From: Pocillopora damicornis
Taxonomy: Eukaryota
DNA: 64,000 nt
Assembly (NCBI RefSeq): GCF_003704095.1
Contig: NW_020845304.1
Span: 248,001 to 312,000, forward strand
Direction: 5' to 3'
Position numbers and translations under genes: made by a program. Positions 1 to 13,544 of the stretch are shown here, in pieces (position 1 is the stretch's first letter; each line of letters starts with the position of its first letter). A model generated the notes under the pieces. The model searched no databases. It saw nothing but the letters and a program-made list of their open reading frames with translations, and was not told the origin of the DNA.

Positions 1-176
1 AACAACCAACTATTGTATGGCTACCTTACCCGTCACCACCTCCGTCACCCACAGAGAAGCCAAATAAAGTTGCTGACTCAGTGATTAAGCAAACCACTGG
101 CAGCAGAAAGGAAGCTGCTCCGATAGTGACGTCACTAAGCAACACAACAGTATTACCCGTATGGAGACCTTGGTGA
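1..176 (+). CDS. 3' end (partial) of a Hairy/E(spl) (HES)-family bHLH-Orange repressor
   Basis: Frame starting at nt 3 is open: QPTIVWLPYPSPPPSPTEKPNKVADSVIKQTTGSRKEAAPIVTSLSNTTVLPVWRPW*, with TGA at 174-176. A terminal WRPW is the Groucho-binding hallmark of HES proteins. The bHLH lies outside the window, and this ORF is not in the supplied track. Confidence 0.85.
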   Translation, partial: QPTIVWLPYPSPPPSPTEKPNKVADSVIKQTTGSRKEAAPIVTSLSNTTVLPVWRPW

Positions 177-2920
177 CAGACAAGTAGATAAATTAAAACA
201 ATGCTGGAGACGAAATTATTTTAAGAGAAAAGTGAATTAACACTCGAGACTACTTAATACAACGAATGTTCCTGCTTACTTATGGAATATGATAACGCTA
301 AATTCTTTCGTGTAACATAAAATTCCCACCGTGTCCGCATTAAAGCAAAATCAGTGTTGTACTATACATTTGTATCCCTCTGATCTTAGCGTCACATTCC
401 GCAAAAAGCAAAACATAAACCACGCGATTTACTTTTCAATATCGTGCAATGTTCCCTTAAAAAAGGCCTTTGTCTGACTGGGCGCACGGAAAAGCTTTTT
501 ACTCAATCCAGAATCCACTCTTAATCTAGACAGAAAGAAAATAATATGTACACGGAGAGTCTTATAACAGAAATCACAGAACACTTACGATAGCTAGGTA
601 ATACATAGGTCACAAGCAAATTGATCACTGGTAGAGATCGATTTGCGCAAAAAAGTCGTAAGCGTGGACTCACGTATTCATTTGCCTAAGCCACTCGTGC
701 GGTTAATGTCTATGCCCAGTGTCTCTCTTTTTTCATTCACTCCTGACCTATTGTATTTAGAGACTGCGAGTATTCATATAGACAATAACAAATTACACGG
801 CTCGTTCCTCATTCAAAAGGAAGTTAAGTCAATTATGTAGCTTCTTTAGAAATGTGCGTCTCATTTGCAGAGCAAAGTAATGCTCATCCAAAGAAGGTTT
901 AAGGTTATTCTGTCTTATTTCATTGCACATTCTTACTGCGCATAATTTCACACGTAACTAGGGGCTGCACATGAAAAAATGGTGGCTTTTTCTCCATGAT
1001 CAGATCTCAGCAGATCCCGCTGGTAGGTAATTCGTCATTTTCTCGCAAACGGATACAGTGAATTTGTACAGAAGAATGACACGAAGTTCGTCGTGATGTT
1101 CGTCATTCATCTGTGATAATTTGCCTCGACTCTGTAGACGGCTGTTCACTTTTCATATTGTAACCTTGGACCTTTTACCCGGAGTAATCAGACAGATAGC
1201 CAGTCATAACCATAATGCAAACAGGTTAGGAGAATAAAAAACGCCATCAGCAAAGGAACATAATGTTAGTATAGCGAGGTATAACGTATAACGCCAGTTT
1301 CTCAAAAGTATCACACGATGCATGTATGGTAGTAAGGAGACTTGGTGTCCGATTTTGGCGATAGTGTTGCGATCCATAAAGTGTACATTGGTTGAACTTC
1401 AGAGCTTTCTCAATCAGTGATATAGGACACGCACCATTTTGATATCAGTGAAATAGAGGAAGAAGATGTCAAACTGTCCTAATTGTTTTGTCTAAGATTT
1501 TCAGTCTACACTACTTTTTATCAGTTCATCTCGAAAATTTGATATGTCTTTTAATGCTCGCTCCTCCCCACTCCAAGCCCGGATGCTTTAGAGTAAATTT
1601 CAAGGCATTTGATAAGCTTCAAAACAGCAAATTCAGCCAGAAGATATCCAAAAAGCAGAAAGTGATAAGGAATTTTTGGGGGATATGCAGACGAAAGTAA
1701 CCTGGACGACCAATGACAAGTTTAGATGGTAACTTCAAGAGGTACAATCAAATACTTCCCCCGAGATAATCAGTGAGTTTAAAGCAGTGCCTCGCTCATA
1801 CATAACAACGGCACAGCAACAAGTTGAGGGAACTGAAGTCTGCAGGATAATGTTGATATTAAGCGTCTAGGAAAGACTTACTCACAGGTATGTGGGTACA
1901 CGAAAAAGTATGCGCTAGGGTCACCTATGATAATAATTGCTCAAATATTTCGCTTGAGAGTTGCTCATTCTTTGGACGCTGAGAATAACAAGAAAACTGG
2001 CATTTTCTCGCACCATTCTTGTCAACAAAATTTCGTTACCGCATACATAGGGAAAGTTGACTTCAACGAAACACTTCAAATTTTTTTGGGCACTGTAAAC
2101 AACTACAAGTATTCCGTTCGAGGAAGGATAGTTTTCGTATATTCATTAAATAATTTAAGAAAAATTTTACTTAACCGCGTGGTTAATTTACATTAAATCA
2201 AGGTTGTTAATTATTCTTTGTTTTCATTCTGTTTTGGTTTTTTTGTATCGACAAATAGTTAAACTCCACTGAAGATCTTAGAAATTTCATCAAAAAAATT
2301 CTTGCAATACTCGGAACCATTTTCTGTAAGATATCTAACATCTGCCGTAATTTCACTTCTTCAGCTTCCAAAGATAACTTGTTTCACCTGTTCGCGAACT
2401 TTATTGCGATAAATTTTTGTTAACATAACCTGTTATAAATAACTTTCTCTGCTTTATTATAATGTTTTAATATTTATAGGCATTAGCCTTTGTGCCCTGA
2501 ATCTGTTGGAATGTTCGAATATTTTGTTGTGAAAAACCTATGTTTTGTTTAGTCTGGTGTATGTATTGGAAATGAACGAACATGTGGTAACAGCAGTGAA
2601 GCTTGCTTTAAACAGTGGAACTATTTAGATTCGTGGCTGGTACAACGTTTAAAAAAAAAAAGGTACATTAGATTGATTTTTTGAGTCAAAGGAGTTCAGG
2701 CTATCAGGAGAAAACGAGATTGAAGCTTTGAAGGTTTGGAGAAGATTCAAGGTATCTCTATGTAAACTGTGAACGAATAGATTCCTGACACAAATGAGGT
2801 GATGTCGAAAAACGGATTTTTTGTTTCGAAATCTCGGAGCTTAATTGCACCAGTTACAGAGAGACGAGATAAGATTGAAAGTCTATATAATTGATGTTTT
2901 GACGTTTCCTTGCTGAAAAA

Positions 2921-3062
2921 ATTGGTAAAATTTCCGCACAGCCTCATACTATTGTAAAACAAATCTGTTTTCCCAACGGCAATGTATTGTTTTTGTCATT
3001 GTTTTCTCTATCCAAGAACTGAATGCATAATGTAGCATGGGGCTGTGCGGAAATTTTACCAA
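2921..3062. repeat. Short inverted repeat (~30-bp arms), MITE-like hairpin
   Basis: TTGGTAAAATTTCCGCACAGCCTCATACTA (~2922-2951) pairs with TAGCATGGGGCTGTGCGGAAATTTTACCAA (~3033-3062). Confidence 0.6.
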
Positions 3063-4849
3063 AAAATTTCGTACTGAGTATAAATGAGATCATTACCGTA
3101 CTGTACAGATTAGACACAGGTAAATAAAGCCGCTGCCAGCCTGCATAACCAAAGGAGAAGTATTGTGAGGCGATTTTGGTAATGTGGACAATGACACGTA
3201 TCTACTCTGATTTATATGGCTAAACATGAGTATAAAGTGGTAAGCAGGTGAGAGAAAACACATTTTAATGTTAATTGCTCTTCCACAGAAAATTGAACTA
3301 AAAAGAAAAAACTCGTTGCTAATGTGTTCAAACACAAATCGCGAGCAAACGAGCCTACAAAAACAAAATAATCACATTCTTTTATCAATTTCGCAGAATT
3401 ATCGAAGTGAACAGCAACAACATATTGGTTGACTGGCGTAAATCGCGATAAAAGTTTAGAAATTTACGAGAACCTTTTAGAAATCGTGTGTAATGGCGTG
3501 CTTGTCACGTTATTGTTCACGATTGTGCAGTAAAGTGTGTGCGTGCAACAGCTTGCACACAGTTGTGCAAGTTGTTTTTTTTTTAATTATTTTTGGAAGG
3601 TAAAACTGTCCTTACAACGGTCAAAAACAAATAAACACATACGTAATTACTCTCGTGAGGGAAAAAGAAAATCAAAAGCTAGAATGTGGCTCATTGCTAC
3701 TGCTGGCTCGCTTAATTTTGTCTTATTATGAGTCATAAAACTACCAGACTAAAAAGAATTATAAACTACCAAAATAAAACTGTATCCGGCAAGCGTCCTA
3801 CTTTGAAAAGGTCACAAATCAAAAAGTTCAGCGGCGTGAGAACAGCACAAAAATATTTTTATCGAAGGTTCTCGACTCCGGAACTGTGCCAGAACTTAAA
3901 ATATCTAGTAAAAATAGTAAATACATCACAGCTCCTCACAGATTTGAAAGGCTGACAACAAAGGAAGATTATTTTTAACCTTGTCACCCATAATAAAGGG
4001 AAGCCGATACAGAACAATCCCAAAATCATTTTGAAATCCAAAAGAAATATTTCGGAATCACTTTTTTTTTTTATACAAATCGTTTTTGAAAAGTTTTTGA
4101 TATTTAAAAAGCAATTATAAATCCTGATCGAATTATTGGATTTACAAAAACCTTATTTTTGAAACCCAACTATAAATTGCGATACCAAATTCTCTGTGAA
4201 ACCCAAAAAACTGTTTAAAATCGCAAGAAATGTTTTACTTGCACGAGAAGCTAGTTGAAATCAAAGGACGAGAAGGAGAAATAAGTTACGAACATCATGC
4301 ACTATCATGGATTTTAAAAACATGTCGGAATTGTCCCTTATCAGCTTCCGTACAAATATCATGCTTAACATCGAGTTTTCTTCCTCTCTGTTTCACGTTT
4401 TTCTCCAAAAACAAGCTGTGAAAATCTGATGTCATATCAAAATAATATATCTTTTAAACGCCATTCGCACCAAACCCTAAACATGTCTTAAAGCTATTTT
4501 CTCAAACAAGGTTGAACATTGTTTTCTTCAGAGAAGCTGCTTAAACCGATGACCGTCGATTTCAGTTTTAGCACTTTACTAATTACTACTACTAGTTAGT
4601 GACTACTTGAATCCTATGGAAAACTCAGTTTTTCAGTTCTTAAACCCGGTTTAACTAAATATGTTTTGGTGGTGTCACTGGGTATTAGATGTCATAAGGA
4701 GAACGTACTCCTCAGTGGGAGTAAAAGATTTGATTTATAAATAACTTACCGTGAGATATCGATGTTCCAGCGAGCACAGATGTGTAAAAAAATAACATCA
4801 ACTAATACTTGAAGAAGACTCCAGATTTTTTTTCGTCTTAAGATTTAGC

Positions 4850-5053
4850 TCAACCCTTTAACCCAAGATCTGAGTGTTTATTCTTTCCTCTAGCTGCTAC
4901 ATATTTCCTTCAAAATTAGTTAGACAAATTTGGTGTTGGTAGCAATTTGTTCCTGATTATTTCGAAGATTCTCGTGACCTGTTTGTTGAGTAATGAATGG
5001 ATATTATAGGGAGAAGATACATGTTAAACACTTCTGGAAGTTAACGGGGTTAA
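4850..5053. mobile_element. TTAA-flanked ~200-bp MITE (piggyBac-like termini), degenerate copy
   Basis: Runs AACCCTTTAA...GGGGTTAA. The internal sequence resembles the copy at ~34985-35189 and other family members. Confidence 0.6.
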
Positions 5054-5171
5054 ACAATCGTCCAAGCGTCACAAATTTAAAATGGAAATCTTCAAATTCA
5101 TGCATCCTACGTCTTTGCTTTGAGAGTTTGTGTTCCTTGTTTTGCTTATGAATTACTGTGGTGATGACCTC

Positions 5172-5316
5172 TTTCGAAACGTAAACCAAATTTTAAAACA
5201 AACCTCCCTAGCACGTGTTTTTTCAGGAAGGCAATGACCAATACAATGACCGCTTTCGAAACGTTACGTAACCCAAATTTAAAACAAACCTCCTTAGCAC
5301 GTGTTTTTTCAGGAAG
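5172..5316 (+). repeat. Tandem duplication of a ~60-bp segment
   Basis: TTTCGAAACGT...CCAAATTTAAAACAAACCTCCyTAGCACGTGTTTTTTCAGGAAG occurs at ~5172-5230 and ~5254-5316. Confidence 0.75.
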
Positions 5317-7205
5317 TCAATTGAGTGAACATTTGAAGGCTTGTGGGCGAGGTTCGAAACACAAGCTGCGTGAAAACGCGAAGAGAAAAAACATTTGATT
5401 AGAAATTTTGTCAGAAAAACATCAAGAAAAATCAAGCAAAGTCTGAATTACAGCTCTTAAGTATTCCAGTGGTTTTAACAAATATAATTTAAAAAAAATA
5501 TTTCTAACCATATACCTTAATCTTCTCTTTTAGAGCACAACATCGTTAGAATTTTCTACCCCTCACAGGAAGTGGTTGGAATAAAAACGTATTAGTCGAT
5601 TGACACAACTTGACGGCAACCAAGCTGAACCAGATGTGAGTATTTTAAATCAATGTTTTGACTATTTCATTTAAGCACGGTGTTCCATGACAGAGAAGAT
5701 CTATAAATATAACAAAAATCTACTGTTTTGAAGGTTCGTCAATCTCTTCATCGCTGGCGGCGATTTTTATTTTTGTGCAAAACTACTTCCGATCTGTCAG
5801 TCTTTGGAACAGCAACAGCTGATTCAAAAATTGTTATTATTTTTTGTTAAAAATGAGTATAAATTGTCTAATTACGGGCAATAAAAATAAGGTTTTCGAT
5901 CAAAAATCACACCTACATACCATAAACTGCCGTATACAGAGCGTGTCCTCTACCAGTACGTATGTCATTAGCATTTCAGTGACTGATCGTTCTCCAGAGG
6001 TTTACTGTGACCAAAAAGTAACTGAAACCAAAGCCTCAGCCTTTATAAGGAGCCTGGATTTAACTAGTTTTGAATCTGTGCCTCGTGAGTAATTTTGGTC
6101 CGCTCCTTTTTACAGCTGAGCATCGAAAACACAAGTTGGGAGAGAGGTAAATTTTGCTTCCTTGAGATTTGCTGGAAAACTCTGCCGCCCTTTGCTGGTT
6201 CGTGGTTTACGCAAGTAAAGGTATTTCTTATTTGATGTACTTTTCATCAGTAACACGTACTTTATACTCACAAGTCAATTAAAGAAGTGCTGCCCTTTTG
6301 GGGATAAATTCTTAGAAAAAAATTCGAGTTTGTACCACGTAACTGTTATTTTAGATAGGATGAACTAGAATTAACTCACCCGTAAAATAATTTCCNNNNN
6401 NNNNNNNNNNNNNNNNNNNNNNNNNNNNNNNNNNNNNNNNNNNNNNNNNNNNNNNNNNNNNNNNNNNNNNNNNNNNNNNNNNNNNNNNNNNNNNNTTTTT
6501 TTTTTCGCCAAGACGAGATATTTTCATCAGCAATTTTGAATGCACCAGGTTACTTTCGAATCCTTAGCTGATCGTTCTGTTAGTAGCTCGCAACAACTTC
6601 GTCTGTTACAGTTCCCCAAGTTCTTTGCGGTGTCGTAATGGCCGAGATAATTAAAGCAAATACAGCAGTCACAAAGTCCATTGTAATATCAGAGCGTAGT
6701 TCTAAAGGCTTATTAGGTTAATTATGAAGGAGACAACTTTAAGGTTTATATTACACAGAGATACCAGCAGATGTCAGTTCCCCGCCCCACACGGTAAACA
6801 TTCATTAAACTAAGTGGGCGTGCTTCCAGGAATGTTCAAATTTTCCGTCAATCTTAATGCAACTCATTCACATAGACCATTCTTCTTCTCAGATTACAGC
6901 CAAATTTATAAGGTGTTCAAAGCTAGGAGGTTCTTTAAAACTTATTAAAGTAAAACTGATGCAAGATTTTCGAACATGGGGATTTGGAGAGTTGTTGCAT
7001 GCTTCTTGAGAAATAAGAAGATGGTAATGACCATTTCCTCTCTTGCGGGACTATTCGCGAGTACTTCAAATTTAAAAGCAAAGAGAAAATTACAAGACTT
7101 ATAACAATCCACCTAAGTATGGTAAAATATCAAAACTTTCTCAAAAGCTGATATTGTAGAATTAATACAGAAAGTCAACCACTGTCCCAAATCCAATATC
7201 CCTAA

Positions 7206-8530
7206 GGGAATGTACGTTTTTCTTGGGGGGGGGGGNNNNNNNNNNGAAGGGAGGGTCATCAGTCGAAAGTGAGCACAAAAAGGAAAGGGTCATACCTCTT
7301 TGTAAGCTATTCAATGGGAGGGTCACACACCTTTTCCAGAATTTTTTAATGAGGATTTTTGTAATGTTGCTTTCAATTATTCTTACAGATTAAGTTTTTC
7401 TTTTCCCCTACTTTGATTTAATTTGGTGTTTAATTATAGGCTCTAGGTGACATTACGACATGTATATTATGACATGGTACAGTTTTCTCGGAGGACTCGT
7501 TTCCTTTTCGGTCCGTATCGAGACGTACTAGACTCAGGTATCGTTTCTTCACCTTCTTGCTCCATTTAACTATCCGCTGCCTGATCCTCTGAGTCATTTA
7601 GTTCTGAAGAGTTACTACTAACAATGCGCTCTACCCTGCGACTGTCAGATTCTGAATTTGAGTCAGAGGCTGACTGAATGTTGTTCTGACTGTCCTGCAC
7701 AGTAGAAGTCAAAATCTTACTGCAAATATGTGCCTTCACCACCCTCACCCTCAATGTTGTGGTGATTAATATAAAGTTCAAGTTCACCAACTCTAAGGGA
7801 TGACATCTGGTTTCTGTGATAGAGATCTTCTCAGTCAATGTCTTTGTATTCCTGTTGCTTTCTTTCTGTACGCTTCCTGTTATTATCTGTTAGCCGCTTA
7901 TCTTTTATCATTTCAATGTCACTTAGATGCTCAATATAATTTGCAACAAGCTTTTCTGAAACAATGTATTTTTCAGAGAACTCTTTGACTGTCTTTTTAT
8001 CCCTTGCTTTGAGCTTACCCTCTCGAAACAACTGTTTATTTGAGCTCGAGGCTGATAATCATCAGGTTTGCGGCCACTCGTAGGTGTTTTCGTACTTGGT
8101 AGGTAGTGAGAGTCGCGAAGTTTGCTATAATCGGGATAGGGTCGTGGAGTTGGTGTAGCTGGAGAAGGACTTACAAAGTATCAAATTTTATACTTCCATA
8201 TTCAAACTTCAGCTATAAAATATAAATATTCCACACTGACTGTTCGCATTTTCTTGTTTCAGCTAGCACACATTCAATATCGAAATATATTTATATTCAA
8301 ACATTTTGCGTTCACAAGCAAAATGTTCTGAGGTTTCTACGGCATGGAACATAGCATGTAGTAGTGAGGGGAGGGTCACACTTTTGTCAGTCACTAAGGG
8401 TGGGGGGTCAGGAGTTTTTTCTTTTTATATATATTAAAACGCAAGGGAGGACCAACACTTTTAAAAAAAAAAAATAAAAAAATACCAAAATTCCCCAGCC
8501 CCCCTCCCCCAAGAAAAAACGTACCTTCCC
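7206..8530. mobile_element. Non-autonomous PIF/Harbinger-like DNA transposon (TAA target duplication) with a decayed ORF fragment
   Basis: Left end TAA|GGGAATGTACGTTTTTCTTGGGGG; right end CCCCCAAGAAAAAACGTACCTTCCC|TAA. TAA lies at 7203-7205 and 8531-8533. Subterminal GGGAGGGTCA motifs occur near both ends. Confidence 0.75.
7566..8170 (-). pseudogene. Frameshifted, stop-containing gene fragment inside the Harbinger-like element
   Basis: PTPRPYPDYSKLRDSHYLPSTKTPTSGRKPDDYQPRAQI /frameshift/ QLFREGKLKARDKK...EYKDID*EDLYHRNQMSSLRVGELELYINHHNI, followed by an acidic Ser-rich tail in another frame. Confidence 0.55.
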
Positions 8531-11500
8531 TAAAAAGACACGGTTGATATCTCGGGCAGACAACAAATAAAATAAGCTACATACAATGTCAGAAGAATGA
8601 AAAGGTGCTGAATTTCTGATAAGGAAATCGCTTTATTACAGCGGTGTATTGCTAAATCCAATTGCAAATAAAGTCCATGAAAGCAGAACGAGTAAAAATA
8701 TAGAAATGTTCCTTTCTCCAGCACAAGCGATTAAATGAAAATAAAGCAAATAACCTGTTTTAATGAAGTATTGAACAAATGTCTCCGTAAACTTCACTCG
8801 TCAGCAAATAATTTTTAATAAATTTTAATTTCAACATTTGTTAAATTCACACCATGCAGTCGGCAAGAAAAAGCATTTTCATTATTGCTGGAATTAAATA
8901 ACGTACGTTTTCTCGAAAATACGTAGAGCAAGTTCAGCAGGCTTAACTCGTCTTACAGGCGTAACTGGATGGACAAGTTTAACACGATGACAGCTACGGC
9001 AATAAATTATTCACTGGTTACTGCCTTGAGGAGATGGAAAATTTTGCCATGCTTGTTTTCGCGAAATTATCCCATATTCTAGTACTCTTTCTCACGGAAC
9101 TTTCTTTGTCGGATTTCTGAAAGCGACTTAGGAAAATAACGGCTTGGAGCATTAATTCCTTTTGTCTCCATATATCATGCAGTTTATTTCCAAAATGTAA
9201 AGTTTAGTTGCTGAGTTTTCCTCTATCACTAGGAGAAAAACAGTAGGATATTATTTTCCTTTGCATGTTTTTACCTATTTTTTCTCCATGAATGGAAATA
9301 TTGAAAACGTTAAGTGGGTTTTTAACTTATTCATAATTCCGAACAAAGTTTCATTGTGGTTAAATCTTAACTTTGTCCAACGATTATTAAACTGGAATCG
9401 GCAGACATTACATTTGAGTTTTTCCTTTTTTTAGCCATAATAACATGAATACGCCTTTCTTCTCTCTTCGTTAATCGATATCCAGCGGTTGCTTAATGTT
9501 TTGCTATGGATGTCGCCAAAAGCTTCCTGCTGGTTCTAATACACCCCGTTGGCTCAATTTTATTCGAAGTGATATACAATTGTATATAGAACTTAACATG
9601 AATCCAAAACAGCTTCCAGGAAAGGAACTTCTTAATTCTATCAAGGGACTGTTTACATTTTATGAAGATTAATTGAGCTTCCCCCCTTCTCAGTTCAAAG
9701 TAACACATGCAGCGAAAGAAAATCCCCCTTAAAGTTATCGTTTTTTGATATCACTCTATCCATTTTAAGCGGTGTTCAGATAACTCTACTAAATTTAAGT
9801 TCACGGATTCCAAAATTAACATCAGAGAGAAATAAGGTACAAACGTTGACCGCATGAAGTCCTCAAACGCTAAAAAAAATATGTGGATAATTCATCTTTT
9901 TTAAAGTTTCATTAACTAAATTTCGCCTTAAGCGACAGCTAAATTTTCCGGCATTGAAATAATCATGTCTCCTGCAGATGCTTTATAAGATGAGGCTGTT
10001 ACGAGCGACACGCGAGCCATTCAATTTCACAACATTATGTTTGCAAACGACCATGTTCAATCATTAATGGTGAGGTAGATGTCACTCTAAGCTGCTGAAG
10101 TTTTAAAACGTTTTCAGTAAATGTTATTATAAGTTGATGCTTGAATTTCTTCCAAGTCCTGAGTTACGGATAACAAGTGACTAAATTTTCTGAAGTTGCG
10201 AAAAGCAAATAAAGACCACTGTGTAAGAATCATCCCATAGCTTAATATTTACAGTTACGTGGGGAATATTTCAAATATCATATATATGATAATTCGCATA
10301 TACCAATTTTTTTCCCCAAAATTAATGTAAGTTTCATTCTATAGAATAAAAATTATCAAAATTCATTTTTTCAGTCAAAATTCTGCTAAATCGCAATTTT
10401 CCTTTTCCAGTTTTCGAGAAAGCCAGACTTTGTCGAATTCTGTGATAAATTTAATTCCTGTTGCTTATGAAAAGTGTTTTATTGAAGCTTATGAAAACGT
10501 CGGAAAGAGTTGTTGAAATGCTGACAAGTTATCTGATAGGTAAAAAGTGATATCCATATTGTTAAGATTTTTTTTTGTCTTCATCATTCGCTGGAAATTC
10601 TCCAGAATAATAACAAAAACCGACAGTTTCTTCTGGCGTTCCCATATTTACAAAACAAAAGGAACAAAAACATGCCGTATCTACAAAAATAATTATACGA
10701 TTTCAAATTGTAATCTAAGGGAATGAAACTTTCGGAAACAAAATCGCTGAGTTAGAATATTCATGGCTGCTCAGCCTCCTTCATGAGTTCTCATTTCTGA
10801 AGATAACACGAAATATTTTTTATTGGAGAGGTAACCTGTTTACTCGACAAGCTTGCCAGCTTTGGGAAAGTTATGTCACGGTAGTTTCTGCGCCAAGTTC
10901 TGTGGCTCGTTTTTTTCGAAACGAAGCCTGAAAACCTTTATTACTCTGGTTTCAACATGATTATCGAAAGGATTGGCTAACGTTCAAATTTTAAAAGCCC
11001 CCTGTCAAACATAATATTCATCGTTTCAACTTAGTCTTTCAAATTTGCTTATCGGGTGACAAGCTATTTCCTTAGGCTTTTGCAAACAACAGAAAACAAA
11101 TAAAAAGTTTCTTTCAAAATTTATCAAATTTCCTTGCAAGCTCCTTTGCCAATAACTTCCCCTATAGATCGACCTAAATTCTGTGTATCTATGCGATTAG
11201 CTCTAAATAATAATAATTTATAATGAGACCCAACTCTTTCTTTTAATAATTTAGATTGATCAGTTCTCTGCGAAAAGTAGATTTAAATAAATTCACACCT
11301 GTGGGTAGGGAAAACATTAGAAGGAAAATTTATTCACCTCAACAAATTACAACTCTAGTTTTGCACGGTTAAAAAAAACCTCGATCACTCTTTTAATTAT
11401 TTCTAATATCTGCTCAAACTGTTCGGTCCTTTTTCGTCGCAATATACTCAAGAGATAGGGATTGATTTTTCCAAGAGTAAATTGAAGCTGCTTTCGAAAC

Positions 11501-12497
11501 CTGTTAATATCCGATGCACCGGTTACGATACTGCTAAGAAAAGTTATGATCCTTGGTGATATAGAACCTGATTAAATTTCGAAGTTATGGGTTCCGTGAC
11601 ACTTTGTCAAAGAGCTCATTATCTTCTTGGATGAAATCACTAATTTTGCTTTTATCCTGAAAGCGAGCTCCACCGATTTTGTTTATTTAGCTAAATGCGA
11701 ATGAATATTGCATAATGTCCGGTGTTCATTTGAGAGAGTTGGTAGGGTTGTAACACCTGTAACTTGCCTTAAGACATAAATTAGTGAGTGGTGGGCGTCA
11801 TTCGCTGTCAATTTAAACAGTGTCTCTGCGTCTTATTCCGAGCAGGTATTAAAGTTAAGATAAAAAGATAAGTTTACTGAGCTAAATGGTTTTCATTTTG
11901 GATTCCCACTGTTATCTGAAGACTGTTCCTGCCACGTATTGACAACTTGGGTTGAATTCAAATGATCCGACGCCTCAAATAGGCGCCCCATTGTAGGAAA
12001 GTCCAAAGATTAAGTCAAGATGTGGGAGGCATTAACTTTGAAAAGTACTCCTTGAAAAACAAACAAACACTAGTGAGGTGTCTGTTACCACTGGGGCACC
12101 AAAGGCTCTTGGGATGCTTAATTATGAGCTTATATAAACAAAAACTATTTTTGATGAAAATCTATTTTCAAAACCAAAATCACCCGATGCAGCTCTCTTG
12201 ACCACAAACACTGAAGGAAGTTTTACATCAGGAAAATCACGCTTGTAACGTCTTGGAACAAAAAAAAGGTCAGCTTCTCGAAGCAAAAATATCGGATTTC
12301 CTCTATCAATCATCATTTTACACAGTGATGACTTTTCCGTCGTGAAGGTACATCGATAGCGGTTCCGTTTTGTACACGCGTAAAAAAAACTAAGATATTT
12401 TCAAAATCGAAAATTTCTGAAGGGCGAACATTGCGAACATGGTCGGCTTTCCGCGATGAGGATGTGCTCTTGATTAGAAGCTGAAACTGTTCACAAG

Positions 12498-13544
12498 ATG
12501 GATAATTCAACTCCAACAAATGCTTCTCTTTCGAACGACGATGACACCGGGTTTAAAATACCCCTTGGTTACCACATCGTGGCCTATTTGGCGATTGTAC
12601 TGGGATTCTCTGCCAATCCCTTTATATGTTTCTCCTTCGCTTATTTCAGACGAGTACGATCCGTGAATAACTATTTTGTTGTCAACCTGGCTGTTATTGA
12701 CATATTATTTATAATTCTCCTCTGTATCCAGTTAGCAGCGCCGGCCCTGCAAAAGAGAATGTCAACTGATAATTTTTATTACTTGAAGGAGACTTTACTC
12801 ATTATAGAACAATTCTGCTACTCAGGATGCATGGCAGCGGTGACCATCATAAGCTATGATCGGTACTATTCCGTCACCAAGCCTCTCCATTACTACACCA
12901 ATATTACCCACACTAAAGCAATAATTTTTATTGCTTGTAATTGGAGTTATGCGACGGTGATGGCATTACTGCAATTGCTCTTTTATCTTCCCAATGAGAA
13001 TTATTTCAAATACGGTTACCTCTCGTTAATGGGACTTACCAATGCAGTGATTCCTTTGTATGTCATACTATATTGCTATATGAACATCTTTATTATCGCT
13101 TCGCGACACCTACGACACAACCCGCACCGTGGACAAGATCAGAATGGCGAAGCTAGTGTGTTCACAAAGAACCTGAAAATAGCATTTCATATCCTTGTTC
13201 TCGTTGCTCCTGTCCTTCTTTTCTGGAGCACTTTCTCCGCTGTAACGATTATAGAGGTTCACTGCCCAGATTGCATACCCAATCATGGTTTTCTGAGTAC
13301 AATAATGAGTATGACTCCAAATGTGATAGCCTCAGTCGATCCTATTATATACATTTTCCTCACCAAAGATTTCCGTGAGATCATTTGTGGCTGGTTCAAA
13401 CTCCACAGGAGTCATCCTTTCTCCGTCAGTGAAACTTTTCACCTTTCAACGACAAAATCAACAAACCCTCAGGTTTTGCCGGCGGCAAAGAGACTCGTCA
13501 GCGAAAGCGGGGATTCTTTGGAGGGTTCTTATCGTCTATATTAA
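12498..13544 (+). CDS. Class A (rhodopsin-like) GPCR, single coding exon, 348 aa
   Basis: Seven hydrophobic segments; TM2 NLAVID, TM3 SYDRY, TM4 W, TM5 IPL, TM7 DPIIY, helix 8 KDFR; N-terminal N-glycosylation sequons. Confidence 0.93.
   Translation: MDNSTPTNASLSNDDDTGFKIPLGYHIVAYLAIVLGFSANPFICFSFAYFRRVRSVNNYFVVNLAVIDILFIILLCIQLAAPALQKRMSTDNFYYLKETLLIIEQFCYSGCMAAVTIISYDRYYSVTKPLHYYTNITHTKAIIFIACNWSYATVMALLQLLFYLPNENYFKYGYLSLMGLTNAVIPLYVILYCYMNIFIIASRHLRHNPHRGQDQNGEASVFTKNLKIAFHILVLVAPVLLFWSTFSAVTIIEVHCPDCIPNHGFLSTIMSMTPNVIASVDPIIYIFLTKDFREIICGWFKLHRSHPFSVSETFHLSTTKSTNPQVLPAAKRLVSESGDSLEGSYRLY

Noticed and set aside
1111-1118. K-box-like CTGTGATA downstream of the HES stop
   Set aside because: A short motif expected by chance, about 900 bp from the stop; the cognate miRNA family is not known from cnidarians.
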